Part shown: piece by piece, positions 25,524 to 36,001 of the stretch
Layout of the letters: each line of letters opens with the position of its first letter
Numbering within the stretch: the stretch's first letter is position 1
Assembly (NCBI GenBank): GCA_964423885.1
Contig: CAYRGD010000001.1
Coordinates: 89,653 to 153,652 of the forward strand
Length of the DNA stretch: 64,000 nucleotides
Origin: an uncultured Candidatus Saccharibacteria bacterium
GTDB lineage: Bacteria > Patescibacteriota > UBA1384 > JACPKC01
Direction of reading: 5' to 3'
Made by a program: the position numbers and the translations under genes
The notes under the pieces: generated by a model
What the model was told of the DNA's origin: nothing
Databases searched by the model: none
Seen by the model: the letters and a program-made list of their open reading frames with translations, nothing else

Positions 25524-28157
25524 TCAGAAATTGGGCGTGATGATGTAGCGCATCCCGACCGCGTAGTAGCCGGCGGGGGTATTCGGCTGCACGTTGGCGA
25601 TATAGCTGGCCGTATAGGTGGTTTCCATGCTCGCCGTTGCCGACTCGGCTACTACGTCGCCGTTCGGATCGAACTTGAAGATGTCGCCGGTGTCGTAGTC
25701 GCTCGCGACCGTACCCGATCCCCCGCTTACGCCTGCGCCGAAGTCGGTGAGCGTCGACGCACCGGCGGCAGTATTCGTTGCCAGGTTCATGCCGAACTGC
25801 TCGGTGCCCGGTGTACTGCTGTCGGGCGTGGTCATGGGCGGCAAGTCTATGATCGGCCCTATCGGCCCCGACCCCGTGTACATATAGCTGATCGTGTAGC
25901 CGCCCGGCGCATTGGTGGCTGCTCTCATAGTGTGGTTGCAGAACACCGCATAGGCCGGTGAGAACGTGCCCAGGTCACAGTCGTAGCTACTTAAGGCAAA
26001 TGACAGGGTCGGATCGATGACGCCCGACGGTGCCACACCGGTCACGCCGACTGTGTACGCGGACAGTTGGGCCACGAACGCATCGGTGCCGCCGCCGCTC
26101 GTGCCTTGGAACGGCGCGACGGCCGGAAAATTGGCCGAGTTGGTCGACCCGGTAACAAACACATTGCCGTTCAAGCCGAGCGCGATCCGTGCTCCCGAGT
26201 CCGTGCTGCTCCCGCCAAAGTACGTTGAGTAGACAAGTGCCGTGCCGGCAGTATCGATTGCCGTAATGAATACGTCGATGCCGCCGCTATTGCCGCCTTG
26301 GTACGCTAATTCAACCGGAAAGTCGGTGGAAGTGGTTTGTCCGATGACGTACGCGTTCCCGCTCGCATCGACCACCAGGTTCGCGCCGACGTCGGTCCCA
26401 TTGCCGCCCAGGTAGGTGGAATAGGGTAGGGTCGAGCCCGCCGAATCGAGTTTCGTGACGAAGGCGTCGATGCCGCCGCCCCCAAGGCTGCCTTGGAACG
26501 GCGAGGACATCGGGAAGTTCGACGATCCGGTAAAGCCGGTGACGTACGCACTGCCTGTGCCGTCGACGGCGATGGACTGGCCGTTCTCGCTGCCGCTCCC
26601 GCCCAGGTAGGTCGAGTAGACCAGCGCCGAACCGGCAGCGTTCAGCTTGGTGACGAAGGCGTCTTGCCCGCCGCCGCTGCTTCCCTGGTACGGCGATGAG
26701 GTCGGGAAATCGGTCGAGGTCGTGGTGCCGGACAGGTAGGCATTTCCGCCCGCATCGACCGCGATGCCGTACGCACTGTCGCTACTGCCTCCGCCTAAAT
26801 AGGTAGCATAGGTGAGCGCCGAGCCGGCGGCGTTGAACTTGACCGCGAAGGCGTCGATCCCGCCCGCGTAGCTCCCCTGGATGGGCGAGACGGTCGGAAA
26901 GTTCGACGACAGCGTGTCACCAGCCACGTACGCGCTGCCTGCGGCGTCGACCGCGATACCCCGGGCCAGGTCGCTACTGCTCCCGCCCAGGTAGGTCGAG
27001 TAGACCAGCGCCGAACCGGCAGCGTTCAGCTTGGTGACGAAGGCGTCTTGCGATCCGTTCCGGCTTGCTTGGTAGGGAGACGAAGTCGGGAAATCGGTCG
27101 AGCTGGTCAAGCCGGCGAGGTACGCGTTGCCGTCGCCGTCGACCGCGATCCCGCCCGTATTCGACGGCGAGTCGTCGGCGCTGCCGCCCAGGTACGTGGC
27201 GTAGACCAGCGCCGAGCCGGCAGCGTTCAGCTTCGCCACGAAGACGTCGCGCGTGCCACCCGCGTTGCTGCCCTGGTACGGCGAGGCGGTGGGAAAGTCG
27301 CTCGAATCGGTAGAACCTACCACGTAGGCGTTCCCGTTCGCGTCGACCGCGATCCCGTAGCCGGTATCGCTCCCGCTCCCACCCAGATAGGTGGAATAGA
27401 CGAGCGCCGGGTCGATAATGAGCGGCTTCGCCGGGTCGTACGTGTCAGCCACGGCGACCGTGACTGTCCCATCGTTCAGTTCGAAGCGTGACGGAATCGT
27501 GTGCTTCTCGTGCTCCCCTGCCTGGTACGTGACCGGGGCGTTGAGCGTCAATGTCTCATCGCCGGCGTGCAAGACAAGGTTTCCCTGATCATTGAGCGAC
27601 AGGTCGTCTTGCCCGGTGAAACCGAACGCGATCTGCTTGTAATCCGCACCGGGACTGACGATGAAATCATGTTCCAGTTGCGAGTTCGTGCCGTAGTAGG
27701 CCAGGTCGATGCCGGGATACACGTCCTTGGCCAGCAGCTTGCCGTAGTTCGGGATATCCGACTGCCATTTCGACTGGTCGCTCCCTAGAAAGTAATTCGT
27801 CTTGCTTGGCAACTCGTCGGTACCGGAAAAATCCTGTTCCGCCGCGCCGGTGAGCGCCATCGTTACTTGTTTGCCTCCCATGCTTGTGGTCGTGCCACCA
27901 GATGAAAACGCCGTCACCGCGCGGCCGTGGTGCACCAGGTAACTCACTCCTCCGCCTGCCTGCCCCAGGTTCGGTTCGAACGCGAGTGGCAGGTCGGCAA
28001 AGGCGGCAGCCATTCCGGCACGGGCCGCATCGTCGGTGTGTGCGCCTTTAAGCTGCGGCGCGGCCAGGTCGGCTCCGAGCGCGAGCATAGCCAGCACCAG
28101 TGCGGCCGAGAGTCCGCGCCGCTGTACCATCTGCCTACGTGCCGGTGTGTTGCCCAT
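25524..28157 (-). CDS. secreted SBBP repeat protein, paralog 3
   Basis: SD GGAGGGGGAGGG. Start re-derived at MGNTPARRQMVQRRGLSAALVLAMLALG. ~10 very regular SBBP repeats. C-terminus ...YYAVGMRYIITPNF. Confidence 0.8.
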   Translation of the reverse strand: MGNTPARRQMVQRRGLSAALVLAMLALGADLAAPQLKGAHTDDAARAGMAAAFADLPLAFEPNLGQAGGGVSYLVHHGRAVTAFSSGGTTTSMGGKQVTMALTGAAEQDFSGTDELPSKTNYFLGSDQSKWQSDIPNYGKLLAKDVYPGIDLAYYGTNSQLEHDFIVSPGADYKQIAFGFTGQDDLSLNDQGNLVLHAGDETLTLNAPVTYQAGEHEKHTIPSRFELNDGTVTVAVADTYDPAKPLIIDPALVYSTYLGGSGSDTGYGIAVDANGNAYVVGSTDSSDFPTASPYQGSNAGGTRDVFVAKLNAAGSALVYATYLGGSADDSPSNTGGIAVDGDGNAYLAGLTSSTDFPTSSPYQASRNGSQDAFVTKLNAAGSALVYSTYLGGSSSDLARGIAVDAAGSAYVAGDTLSSNFPTVSPIQGSYAGGIDAFAVKFNAAGSALTYATYLGGGSSDSAYGIAVDAGGNAYLSGTTTSTDFPTSSPYQGSSGGGQDAFVTKLNAAGSALVYSTYLGGSGSENGQSIAVDGTGSAYVTGFTGSSNFPMSSPFQGSLGGGGIDAFVTKLDSAGSTLPYSTYLGGNGTDVGANLVVDASGNAYVIGQTTSTDFPVELAYQGGNSGGIDVFITAIDTAGTALVYSTYFGGSSTDSGARIALGLNGNVFVTGSTNSANFPAVAPFQGTSGGGTDAFVAQLSAYTVGVTGVAPSGVIDPTLSFALSSYDCDLGTFSPAYAVFCNHTMRAATNAPGGYTISYMYTGSGPIGPIIDLPPMTTPDSSTPGTEQFGMNLATNTAAGASTLTDFGAGVSGGSGTVASDYDTGDIFKFDPNGDVVAESATASMETTYTASYIANVQPNTPAGYYAVGMRYIITPNF

Positions 28158-28170
28158 CCCTCCCCCTCCG

Positions 28171-30750
28171 TCAGTAGTTCGCCACAATAGTATACGTTAC
28201 GAGGGTGGCATATGTCCCGGCCTCGCTCACCGACGTGATGTTGGCGATGAACGACGCATTGTAGAACGTGGTCAGGCTGGGGCCTGCGGTGTAGGCGACC
28301 GGATCCCCGCCGACCGCAAAGGTGAACTCGTCGGGCGTATCGTATCCGGCGAGCGCGACGCCCGTGCCAAGATACGGGTCGAAGCCGAAGCCGCTGTTGG
28401 CCACCAGGTTCATGCCGAACTGCTCGGTGCCCGGGTTGCTCACGTCCTGGACAGCCATGGCGTCGATCGTATTCGGCCCGCTCGTGAGCGTGGTGGTCGG
28501 CACGTAGCTCACTACGTAGCCGCCCGGGGCGTTCGAGCCCGCGTGCAGGCCGTGCGTGCAGTGCGAGACGTAGCTGTCGTTGAACGTACCCATGTTGCAG
28601 GTGGTGTCGTCGAGCGCGAATTCAAGCGTGGGGTCGATCGTGCCGGTGACCGTTATCGTCTCGCCGACCAGAAACTCCGCTATGAACGCGTCAGTGCCGC
28701 CGGCAATGCTCGCCTGGAACGGCGTTGCGGTCGGGAAGTTCGCCGAGTCGGTCCAGCCTGACGCGTACAGGCGGTGGTTGCGCAGGTATAGGCCGGCGAT
28801 CTGGTCAAAACCGCTCCCGCCCACATACGACGAGAACGTGATGCTGCTGCCGTCCGGTGCGAATTTTGTCAGGAAACCGTCGGCGCTGCCGCCGTTGCTT
28901 GCCTGGAATGCGCCTAGGATTGGGAAGTTCGTCGAGTCGGTGCGCCCTGACAGGTAGACGCTGTCGGCATCGTCGACCAGGAGGCGGTAAGCGGCATCCA
29001 AGCCCGATCCACCCAGATACGTCGAAAAGACAGGTGCCGCACCGGTCGGATCCAGCTTGATCAGGAACGCGTCGTACGCACCGCCGCCGTAGGTCGGCTG
29101 GAGCGCTGCCACGGTCGGGAAGCCGCCCTGGGTGATGCCTGTGACGTAGATATCGCCGCCGGTACCAAGGACGATGCCGTCGCCTTCGTCGTCGCCCGCG
29201 CCGCCAAAGTAGGTCGAGTACAGGAGCGACGAGCCTGTGGGGTTGAACTTGGCTACGAAGCCGTCTACGCCGCCGTTGTGGCTGCCGTCGTACGCGCTTG
29301 CCATCGGGAAGTTCGACGAGCTGGTCCGACCGGTGGCATACACGTTCTGGTCGTCATCCACCGCTATGCCGATCACCCACTCGCTCCCGTTGCCGCCAAG
29401 GTAGGTTGCGAAGACGAGTGCCGAGCCGCTGGGGTTCAGCTTGCCCAGCCAGGCGTCATTCGTAATGCCGCCGTCAGAGAGGGTCGTCTGGAATGCGCCG
29501 GGCGTGGCGAGCGCGTTGTTGTTGCCGGTGGCGCCGCCCATGTAAACGTTGCCGTCGTCGTCGATATTGATCACTTGTATGTCGGTCGCCGGTGACTCGC
29601 CGACGTACGTGGAATACACGAGCGATCCACCAGTCGGGTCGAGTTTCGTCACGAAGCCGCCGTTGGTGCCGGCCTTCACCGTTTGGAACGCCCCGGCGGT
29701 GGTTGGATAGTCGGTCGAGCCTGTCGTGCCGCCGACGTAGGCGTTGCCACCGGTATCCACGCGCAGGCCGCGCAGCTGTTCGAAGCCGGCGCCACCTAAG
29801 TAGGTGCTGTAGAGAAGTGTCGCGCCGTCGCTGCTGAATTTCGAGACGAATCCGTCGTTTCCGGCACTATAGGAACCGTCATAGGCTCCCATGATGGGCA
29901 GGTCGGACGACGCGGTCTCGCCGGCGATGTACATGTTGCCTGCTCCGTCGACCTCCATGCCGAAGCTCTGTTCGTTCCCGGTTCCGCCAAAATAGGTGCC
30001 GTAGTGCAAGACGAGTACCGGGTCGATGATGAGCGGCTTCGCCGGATCGTACGTATCAGCCACGGCGACCGTGACGGTGCCGTCGTTCAGTTCGAAGCTG
30101 CTCGGGATCGTGTGCTTCGAATTGGTGTCGGTCTGGTACGTGACCGGGGCGTTGAGGGTCAGGGTGTCGTCGCCGGCCTTGAGGATGAGGTTCCCGTCGC
30201 CATCAAGCGACAGATCGTCTTGCCCGGTGAAACCGAACGCGATCTGCCGGTAATCCACGCCGGGGGCCACAATGAAGTCGTGTTCCAGTTGGGAATTGGT
30301 GCCGTAGTAGGCCAGGTCGATACCGGGATAGACGTTGTTCGCCACCAGCTTGCCGTAGTTCGGGATATCCGATTGCCATTTCGACTGGTCGTTGCCAAGG
30401 AAGTAGTTCGTCTTACTCGGAAGCTCGTCGGTACCGGCAAAGTCCTGTACCGCCGCACCGGTGAGCGACATCGTCACCTGCTTTCCGCCGACGCTGGTCG
30501 TGGTACCGGTCGAAGAAAACGCCGTCACGGCCTGGCCGTGATGGACAAGGAAGTCTACTGATTCGTCCGCCTGACCTACGTTCGGTTCGAAGGCGAGCGG
30601 TGCCCGTGCGTAGGCGGCTTCGGCCGCGTTCGTCGCCGCTTGGTCCGTATCGGCAGTATCGGGTGCCTGCTGCGGCGCGGCGATACGGAGCCCGAGCAGT
30701 TGCACCAGTACCACCAGGGTGACAGCCGTTATCCGTTGTCTGGCGATCAT
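28171..30750 (-). CDS. secreted SBBP repeat protein, paralog 4
   Basis: Signal peptide MIARQRITAVTLVVLVQLLGL. N-domain is nearly identical to paralogs 1, 3 and 6. C-terminus ...YATLVTYTIVANY. Confidence 0.8.
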   Translation of the reverse strand: MIARQRITAVTLVVLVQLLGLRIAAPQQAPDTADTDQAATNAAEAAYARAPLAFEPNVGQADESVDFLVHHGQAVTAFSSTGTTTSVGGKQVTMSLTGAAVQDFAGTDELPSKTNYFLGNDQSKWQSDIPNYGKLVANNVYPGIDLAYYGTNSQLEHDFIVAPGVDYRQIAFGFTGQDDLSLDGDGNLILKAGDDTLTLNAPVTYQTDTNSKHTIPSSFELNDGTVTVAVADTYDPAKPLIIDPVLVLHYGTYFGGTGNEQSFGMEVDGAGNMYIAGETASSDLPIMGAYDGSYSAGNDGFVSKFSSDGATLLYSTYLGGAGFEQLRGLRVDTGGNAYVGGTTGSTDYPTTAGAFQTVKAGTNGGFVTKLDPTGGSLVYSTYVGESPATDIQVINIDDDGNVYMGGATGNNNALATPGAFQTTLSDGGITNDAWLGKLNPSGSALVFATYLGGNGSEWVIGIAVDDDQNVYATGRTSSSNFPMASAYDGSHNGGVDGFVAKFNPTGSSLLYSTYFGGAGDDEGDGIVLGTGGDIYVTGITQGGFPTVAALQPTYGGGAYDAFLIKLDPTGAAPVFSTYLGGSGLDAAYRLLVDDADSVYLSGRTDSTNFPILGAFQASNGGSADGFLTKFAPDGSSITFSSYVGGSGFDQIAGLYLRNHRLYASGWTDSANFPTATPFQASIAGGTDAFIAEFLVGETITVTGTIDPTLEFALDDTTCNMGTFNDSYVSHCTHGLHAGSNAPGGYVVSYVPTTTLTSGPNTIDAMAVQDVSNPGTEQFGMNLVANSGFGFDPYLGTGVALAGYDTPDEFTFAVGGDPVAYTAGPSLTTFYNASFIANITSVSEAGTYATLVTYTIVANY

Positions 30751-30766
30751 ATGTCGTCTCCCCTGC

Positions 30767-33352
30767 TTAGTAGTTGGCCACGATCGTGTACGTGACCGGC
30801 GTGCTGTACGCCCCGGCCTCGCTCGCGATCGTGATGTTGGCGATGAAGCTCACGGTGAAACTGGTGGTCAGGCTCGGGCCGGCTGATTGGGCGATGCTGC
30901 CTCCGGCCGTCGCGAACTTGAACAGGTTGGCCGTTTGATACCCGCTCAAGGCTGCGCCGCTCCCGCCGCTGGGCGCGGCGCCGAAGTTGCCCGCGGTGTG
31001 CGACCCGGCAGCAGTGTTGGCCGCCAAGTTGAAGCCGAATTGCTCGGTGCCGGTGACGCTCGCCGCTTGGCTCGGCATCGCGTCGATGGTGAACGGGCTG
31101 CTCGTGAGCGTCGTACCGGGCACGTAGTTGACGGTGTAGCCGCTGGGCGCGTTGGTGGCGACGCTGAACGTATGCGTGCAGTACTTGGTTTCGGTTGCCG
31201 AAAAGTGCCCCAGGTCACATAGGTTCGATCCGAGCGTAAAGGTGACCAGCGGATCGGCGATCCCGGTAACCATGAACGGCGTGTCGGCTATCTGGGCCAC
31301 GAAGGCGTCGTTCCCGCCCGCGTTCGTTGCCTGGAGTGCCGACTGGACAGGAAAGTCGGTCGAGCTTGCCATTCCGGTCAGGTATACATTCCCGTTGCTG
31401 CCGACCGCGGCCCGGAGCGAGTAGTCGACGTTGCTGCCGCCCAGGTAGGTCGAATACAGCACCGTGCTCGTGTCGGCACTCAATTTCATAGCAAAGGCAT
31501 CCGTGCTGCCGCCGTAGGTCGCTTGGTATGGCAAAACCGTCGGGAAGTTGTCCGACGAGGTCCCGCCCGAGATGTGCGCCTGGTTCGCGGCGTCGAACGC
31601 GATCCCAAGGCCTTCGTCCCAGCCATTGCCGCCCCAGTAGGTGGAAAACAGGACCGTCTGGCCGTCGGGGCTGAATTCGGTAATGAACATGTCGTGCTCG
31701 CCCGCGAAGCTCGCCTGCAGCGGATTCACCAGCGGGAAGTTAGGTGCCGGCGTACCGCCCACCACCCACCCGTTGCCATCGTTGTCGATCGCGATGCCTG
31801 CGCCGTACTCGTTAATGCCGGTGCCGCCCAGGTAGGTAATAAACTCGGGCGTACCGTCGGTATCGAACTTGGCCACGAACGCGTCCCCGTCTCCGCCACC
31901 GAACGCTGGCTGGTAGGGATTCAACAGAGGGAAGCCGTTGTCGACAGCGCCGGTAATCCAGGTGTCCCCGCTCTCGCTCACCTCCATGCCGAACGAGGCG
32001 AATTCAGGGCCTGGGCCGCCCAAGTAGGTGGCGTAGCTTAACGCCGATCCGGCGGGATTCAGTTTCGCCAGATAGAAGTCGGCACCGCCTCCGTTGGCGG
32101 CTTGGTACGGCGATTCGAGCGGCATATCAGTGGAATTCGTGTCACCGAAGATGTAGGCGTTGCCGCTCGCGTCGGTATCGATGACACGGACTCCGTCATC
32201 GCCCGAGCCGCCCAGGTAGGTGGAGTAGACCAGGGCCGATCCGGCGGGATTCAGTTTGGTCACGAAGATATCCCCGTCGCCGGCATTGCTCGCCTGCAGG
32301 GCCGAGGCGGTCGGGAAATCGGTCGACTTCGTGTTGCCGGTCACATAGGCATTGCCGCTGGTATCGACGTGCAGGCTCCAACCCTCGTCATTGCCGGTGC
32401 CGCCCAGGTAGGTGGAGTACAGAATGGCTGTTCCTGCCGCATTGAGCTTCGTAACGAAGGCGTCCGTGTCGCCGTTATAGCTGCCGTCGTACGGCGACCC
32501 TGTGGGAAAGTCGGTCGAGTCGGTTTTGCCGGTGACGTAGACGTTCCCGCTACTGTCGACCTTGATGTCGGTGGCGCGTTCGTCGCCCGTGCCGCCGAGG
32601 TAGGTCGAGTAGACGAGCGACGGGTCGATCACGAGCGGCTGGTTCCGATCATAGGTGTCGGCGACAGCGATCGTGACCGTGCTGCCGTCGAGTTCAAAAC
32701 GGCTGGGCACCGTGTGTTTGGCCGCGTCGGTTCCCTGGTAGCTCACCGGGGCATTGAGCGTGAGTTCGCGATCGCCCACCGCAAGTACCAGGTTGCCGTC
32801 GGCATCGAGCCGTAGGCTGTCGGCCCCCGAGAACGATACCGCGATCTGCCGGTAGTCGGCGCCAGGCTGCACGATAAAGTCGTGTTCGAGCGCGTTTCCT
32901 GTGCCGTAGTAGCGTACGTCGATGCCCGGATAGACGCCGGTGGCAACGAGCGCGCCGAAGTTCGGCACGTCGGTATGCCACGCGGCCGGGTCGTTGCCGC
33001 GGAAGTAGTTGGTTGTCGATGCGAGCTCGTCCTCGCCGTGCAAGGCCTGCGGCGCGGCACCGTCGAGCGTCATCGCTACCTTCGCGCCGCCGATACGCGT
33101 GACCGTACCGCCATCGTGGAACGCGGTAACCGCCTGCCCGTGGTGCACCACATAGCTGGTGCTATCGCCCGCTTGGCCGACGTTTGGCTCGAATACGAGC
33201 GGCAGATTGCCGAACCGTGTCGTAGCCGCAGCCCCTGGTGCGCTACTGTTGGGTAGCGGGAGAGCAGCCAGGTCTTGGGCAACCAGGCCGCAGATGAGCA
33301 CGAAGGCCGAAGCAACGGCGGCGCGGGGCAACGGGGTGTGGCGGTTGGTCAT
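30767..33352 (-). CDS. secreted SBBP repeat protein, paralog 5
   Basis: The track ORF runs to 33778, but the real start is MTNRHTPLPRAAVASAFVLICGLVA (SD GAGGA). The upstream in-frame extension overlaps the 3' end of paralog 6 and is Arg/His-rich junk. Confidence 0.75.
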   Translation of the reverse strand: MTNRHTPLPRAAVASAFVLICGLVAQDLAALPLPNSSAPGAAATTRFGNLPLVFEPNVGQAGDSTSYVVHHGQAVTAFHDGGTVTRIGGAKVAMTLDGAAPQALHGEDELASTTNYFRGNDPAAWHTDVPNFGALVATGVYPGIDVRYYGTGNALEHDFIVQPGADYRQIAVSFSGADSLRLDADGNLVLAVGDRELTLNAPVSYQGTDAAKHTVPSRFELDGSTVTIAVADTYDRNQPLVIDPSLVYSTYLGGTGDERATDIKVDSSGNVYVTGKTDSTDFPTGSPYDGSYNGDTDAFVTKLNAAGTAILYSTYLGGTGNDEGWSLHVDTSGNAYVTGNTKSTDFPTASALQASNAGDGDIFVTKLNPAGSALVYSTYLGGSGDDGVRVIDTDASGNAYIFGDTNSTDMPLESPYQAANGGGADFYLAKLNPAGSALSYATYLGGPGPEFASFGMEVSESGDTWITGAVDNGFPLLNPYQPAFGGGDGDAFVAKFDTDGTPEFITYLGGTGINEYGAGIAIDNDGNGWVVGGTPAPNFPLVNPLQASFAGEHDMFITEFSPDGQTVLFSTYWGGNGWDEGLGIAFDAANQAHISGGTSSDNFPTVLPYQATYGGSTDAFAMKLSADTSTVLYSTYLGGSNVDYSLRAAVGSNGNVYLTGMASSTDFPVQSALQATNAGGNDAFVAQIADTPFMVTGIADPLVTFTLGSNLCDLGHFSATETKYCTHTFSVATNAPSGYTVNYVPGTTLTSSPFTIDAMPSQAASVTGTEQFGFNLAANTAAGSHTAGNFGAAPSGGSGAALSGYQTANLFKFATAGGSIAQSAGPSLTTSFTVSFIANITIASEAGAYSTPVTYTIVANY

Positions 33353-33363
33353 GGGATCCTCGC

Positions 33364-35991
33364 TTAGTAGTTCACGACGATGGTGTACGTGATCGGCGTG
33401 CTGTACGCGCCCGCCTCGGTGACCGCCGTGATGTTGGCGATGTACGACACGGTGTACGTGGTGGGCTCGGACGCCCCGGTGGTGTGGGCGAGATCCGCCC
33501 CAGCTACGGTGAACTTGAACTGGTTGGCGGTCTGGTACCCGCTCAAGACCGCGCCCGATCCCCCGCTTGGGCCCGCCCCGAAGTTGCTCGTGGTATGCGA
33601 CCCGGCGGCAGTGTTGGCCACCAGGTTCATGCCGAACTGCTCGCTGCCGACTGTGCTGCCGGTTTGGCTCGCCATCGCGTCGATCGTACTGCCACCGTTC
33701 GTGAGCGTGCCAGTGGCTGTGTGGCTCACGACGTAGCCGCCCCCAGCGTTGCTCGCCGCGCTCATGGTGTGGGTGCACGCTACGGTGCCGTTCGGCGAAA
33801 AGTGCCCTAGGTCGCAGAGCGTCGAGCCCAAGGCGAACGCCAGGATCGGGTCGGCAACGCCGTCGACCGTCAGCGATTGCTGGTCGGGATCGTAGGGCAG
33901 CTCGGACAACTTGACCAAGAAGCTGTCGGTACTGCCGCCGTACGTTCCCTGGAACGGCAGCAGGGTCGGGAAGTTCGACGACGCGGTGTGGCCAACGATG
34001 TGCGCGTTTCCGCTACCGTCGAGCGACACGTCGGTTGCGAGATCGTTTCCACTGCCTCCCAAGAAGGTAGAGTAGATCAGCGCCGAGCCGGCCGGATCAA
34101 GTTCGGTAATGAACGCGTCCCCGCCCCCGGCATTGCTTGCTTGGTAGGGTGATCCTGCGGTCGGAAAGTCGGATGATTCCGTAAAGCCGACAACGTATGC
34201 GTTCCCCGAGGCACCGATGGCGACGTCGACGCCCGAGTCGAGCGCGCTCCCGCCCAGGTACGTCGAGTAGACGAGCGCGGTACCGGACGCATTCACTTTG
34301 GCGACGAACGCGTCCCTGGTGCCGCCGCCATAGGTGTCCTGGAATGCCGCTTCGGTCGGGAAATCGGCGGAGGCTGTCCAGCCGGAGACATAGGCCTCGC
34401 CGGTGTTCGCGACCTTGATGCGGATGCCGTCGTCGTTTCCGCTTCCGCCGAGGTATGTCGAGTAGACGAGCGCCGTGCCCGACGGGTTCAACTTCGCAAT
34501 GACGACATCAGCGTCGCCAGCGCTACTTCCCTGGATCGGCGAGGCAGTCGGAAAATCGGTCGACTGGGTGTAACCGGTGATGTACGCACTGCCCGACGCG
34601 TCGACGTCGATGTCGTATCCATGCTCATACACGCTCCCGCCGAGGTACGTCGAGTAGACGAGCGCCGTGCCGGACGGGTTGAGTTTCGTGACAAACATAT
34701 CGCCGAAGCTATTCAAACTTCCCTGGATCGGTGACGCGGTCGGAAAGTCCGTCGACTGGCTGTCGCCGGTCACGTAGGCATTGCCAGCGCCGTCGACCGC
34801 GATGCCGTCGGGCAGGTCGTAGTTGCTCCCACCCAAATACGTGGAATATACGAGCGACGAGCCGGACGGGTCGAGCTTGGTCACGAAGCCGGTGCCAATG
34901 CTGCCTGGGTTCGGCTTGGCGCCTTGGAATGCGGATTCAGTCGGAAAGTCGCTCGAGTTGGTCGCGCCGGTGATATATACGTTACCGGACGCATCCACCG
35001 CGAACTTCCGGGATTCCTCGTTCTCGCTCCCGCCGAGGTACGTCGCGTAGATGAGTGCGGTACCGGCGGCGTTCAACTTGGCCACGAACGCATCCTGGCC
35101 GCCGCTCTTGCTTCCCTGGTACGGCGACCCTGCGGTCGGGAAATCGGTCGAGGTAGTATTCCCGTGGATATACAGGTTGCCGGACGAATCGACCACGACG
35201 CCATGCGAACGGTCTTCGCCGCTCCCACCCAGGTAGGTCGAGTAGACCAAGGTTGGGTCGATAACCAGTGGTTTCGCCGGGTCGTACGTATCCGCCACGG
35301 CGACCGTAACGACGCCGTCGTGCAGTTCAAAGTTACTCGGGATCGTGTGCTTCGAATTGGTGTCGATCTGGTACGTGACCGGGGCATTGAGCGTCAGGGT
35401 ATCGCCGCCCGCTTTCAAAACGAGGTTGCCGTCATCGTCCAAGGCCAGGTCGTCCTGCCCGGTAAAGCCGAAGGCGATCTGCCGGTAATCCACGCCGGGG
35501 GCCACAATGAAGTCGTGTTCCAACTGGGAATTCGTGCCGTAGTAGGCCAGGTCGATGCCGGGATAGACGTTGTTCGCCACCAGCTTGCCGTAGTTGGGAA
35601 TATTGCGTTGCCATTGGGATTGGTCGTTGCCGATAAAGTAATTGGTGTTCGATGCGAGTTCGTCGGTACCGGCAAAGTCCTGTGCCGAGGCGCCGGTCAA
35701 CGTCATCGCGATCTGTTTCCCGCCCACGCTCGTCGTGGTGCCAGTGCTGGAAAACGCCGTGACCGCTTGGCCGTGGTGTACCAGGAAGTCCACGGAGTCG
35801 TCCATCTGGCCGAGGTTCGGTTCGAACGCGAGCGGGAGATCGGCCAGTCCGGCGCGGCTCGTTGCTGCCTGCTCCGTGGGCACTGTCTGTCGCTCGGCGG
35901 CGATACGCAGGCCCAGGCAGGGCAGCGCGATAAGAAGCGCGAGCGCGGCGCGGCGGGTAGCGGTGTGGGTGCGGAACGTGCGTGCGGCCAT
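33364..35991 (-). CDS. secreted SBBP repeat protein, paralog 6
   Basis: SD GGAGGGA. Signal peptide MAARTFRTHTATRRAALALLIALPCLGL. Same architecture. C-terminus ...YSTPITYTIVVNY. Confidence 0.8.
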   Translation of the reverse strand: MAARTFRTHTATRRAALALLIALPCLGLRIAAERQTVPTEQAATSRAGLADLPLAFEPNLGQMDDSVDFLVHHGQAVTAFSSTGTTTSVGGKQIAMTLTGASAQDFAGTDELASNTNYFIGNDQSQWQRNIPNYGKLVANNVYPGIDLAYYGTNSQLEHDFIVAPGVDYRQIAFGFTGQDDLALDDDGNLVLKAGGDTLTLNAPVTYQIDTNSKHTIPSNFELHDGVVTVAVADTYDPAKPLVIDPTLVYSTYLGGSGEDRSHGVVVDSSGNLYIHGNTTSTDFPTAGSPYQGSKSGGQDAFVAKLNAAGTALIYATYLGGSENEESRKFAVDASGNVYITGATNSSDFPTESAFQGAKPNPGSIGTGFVTKLDPSGSSLVYSTYLGGSNYDLPDGIAVDGAGNAYVTGDSQSTDFPTASPIQGSLNSFGDMFVTKLNPSGTALVYSTYLGGSVYEHGYDIDVDASGSAYITGYTQSTDFPTASPIQGSSAGDADVVIAKLNPSGTALVYSTYLGGSGNDDGIRIKVANTGEAYVSGWTASADFPTEAAFQDTYGGGTRDAFVAKVNASGTALVYSTYLGGSALDSGVDVAIGASGNAYVVGFTESSDFPTAGSPYQASNAGGGDAFITELDPAGSALIYSTFLGGSGNDLATDVSLDGSGNAHIVGHTASSNFPTLLPFQGTYGGSTDSFLVKLSELPYDPDQQSLTVDGVADPILAFALGSTLCDLGHFSPNGTVACTHTMSAASNAGGGYVVSHTATGTLTNGGSTIDAMASQTGSTVGSEQFGMNLVANTAAGSHTTSNFGAGPSGGSGAVLSGYQTANQFKFTVAGADLAHTTGASEPTTYTVSYIANITAVTEAGAYSTPITYTIVVNY

Positions 35992-36001
35992 ATCCCTCCG
36001 G

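Noticed and set aside
24375-25961. Long plus-strand ORFs inside the SBBP array (e.g. 24375-25961 at 528 aa, 20213-21517, 34924-36030, 35642-36589, 40112-40840)
   Set aside because: They are antisense to the well-supported minus-strand genes. Their Arg/Gly/Val/Asp-rich composition is typical of stop-poor reverse frames in high-GC DNA, and they have no RBS or motifs.
33364-33778. N-terminal 142-aa extension of the 30767-33778 ORF (H/R-rich) overlapping the paralog-6 3' end
   Set aside because: It has junk composition. A proper SD plus signal peptide start lies at 33352, matching the other paralogs.
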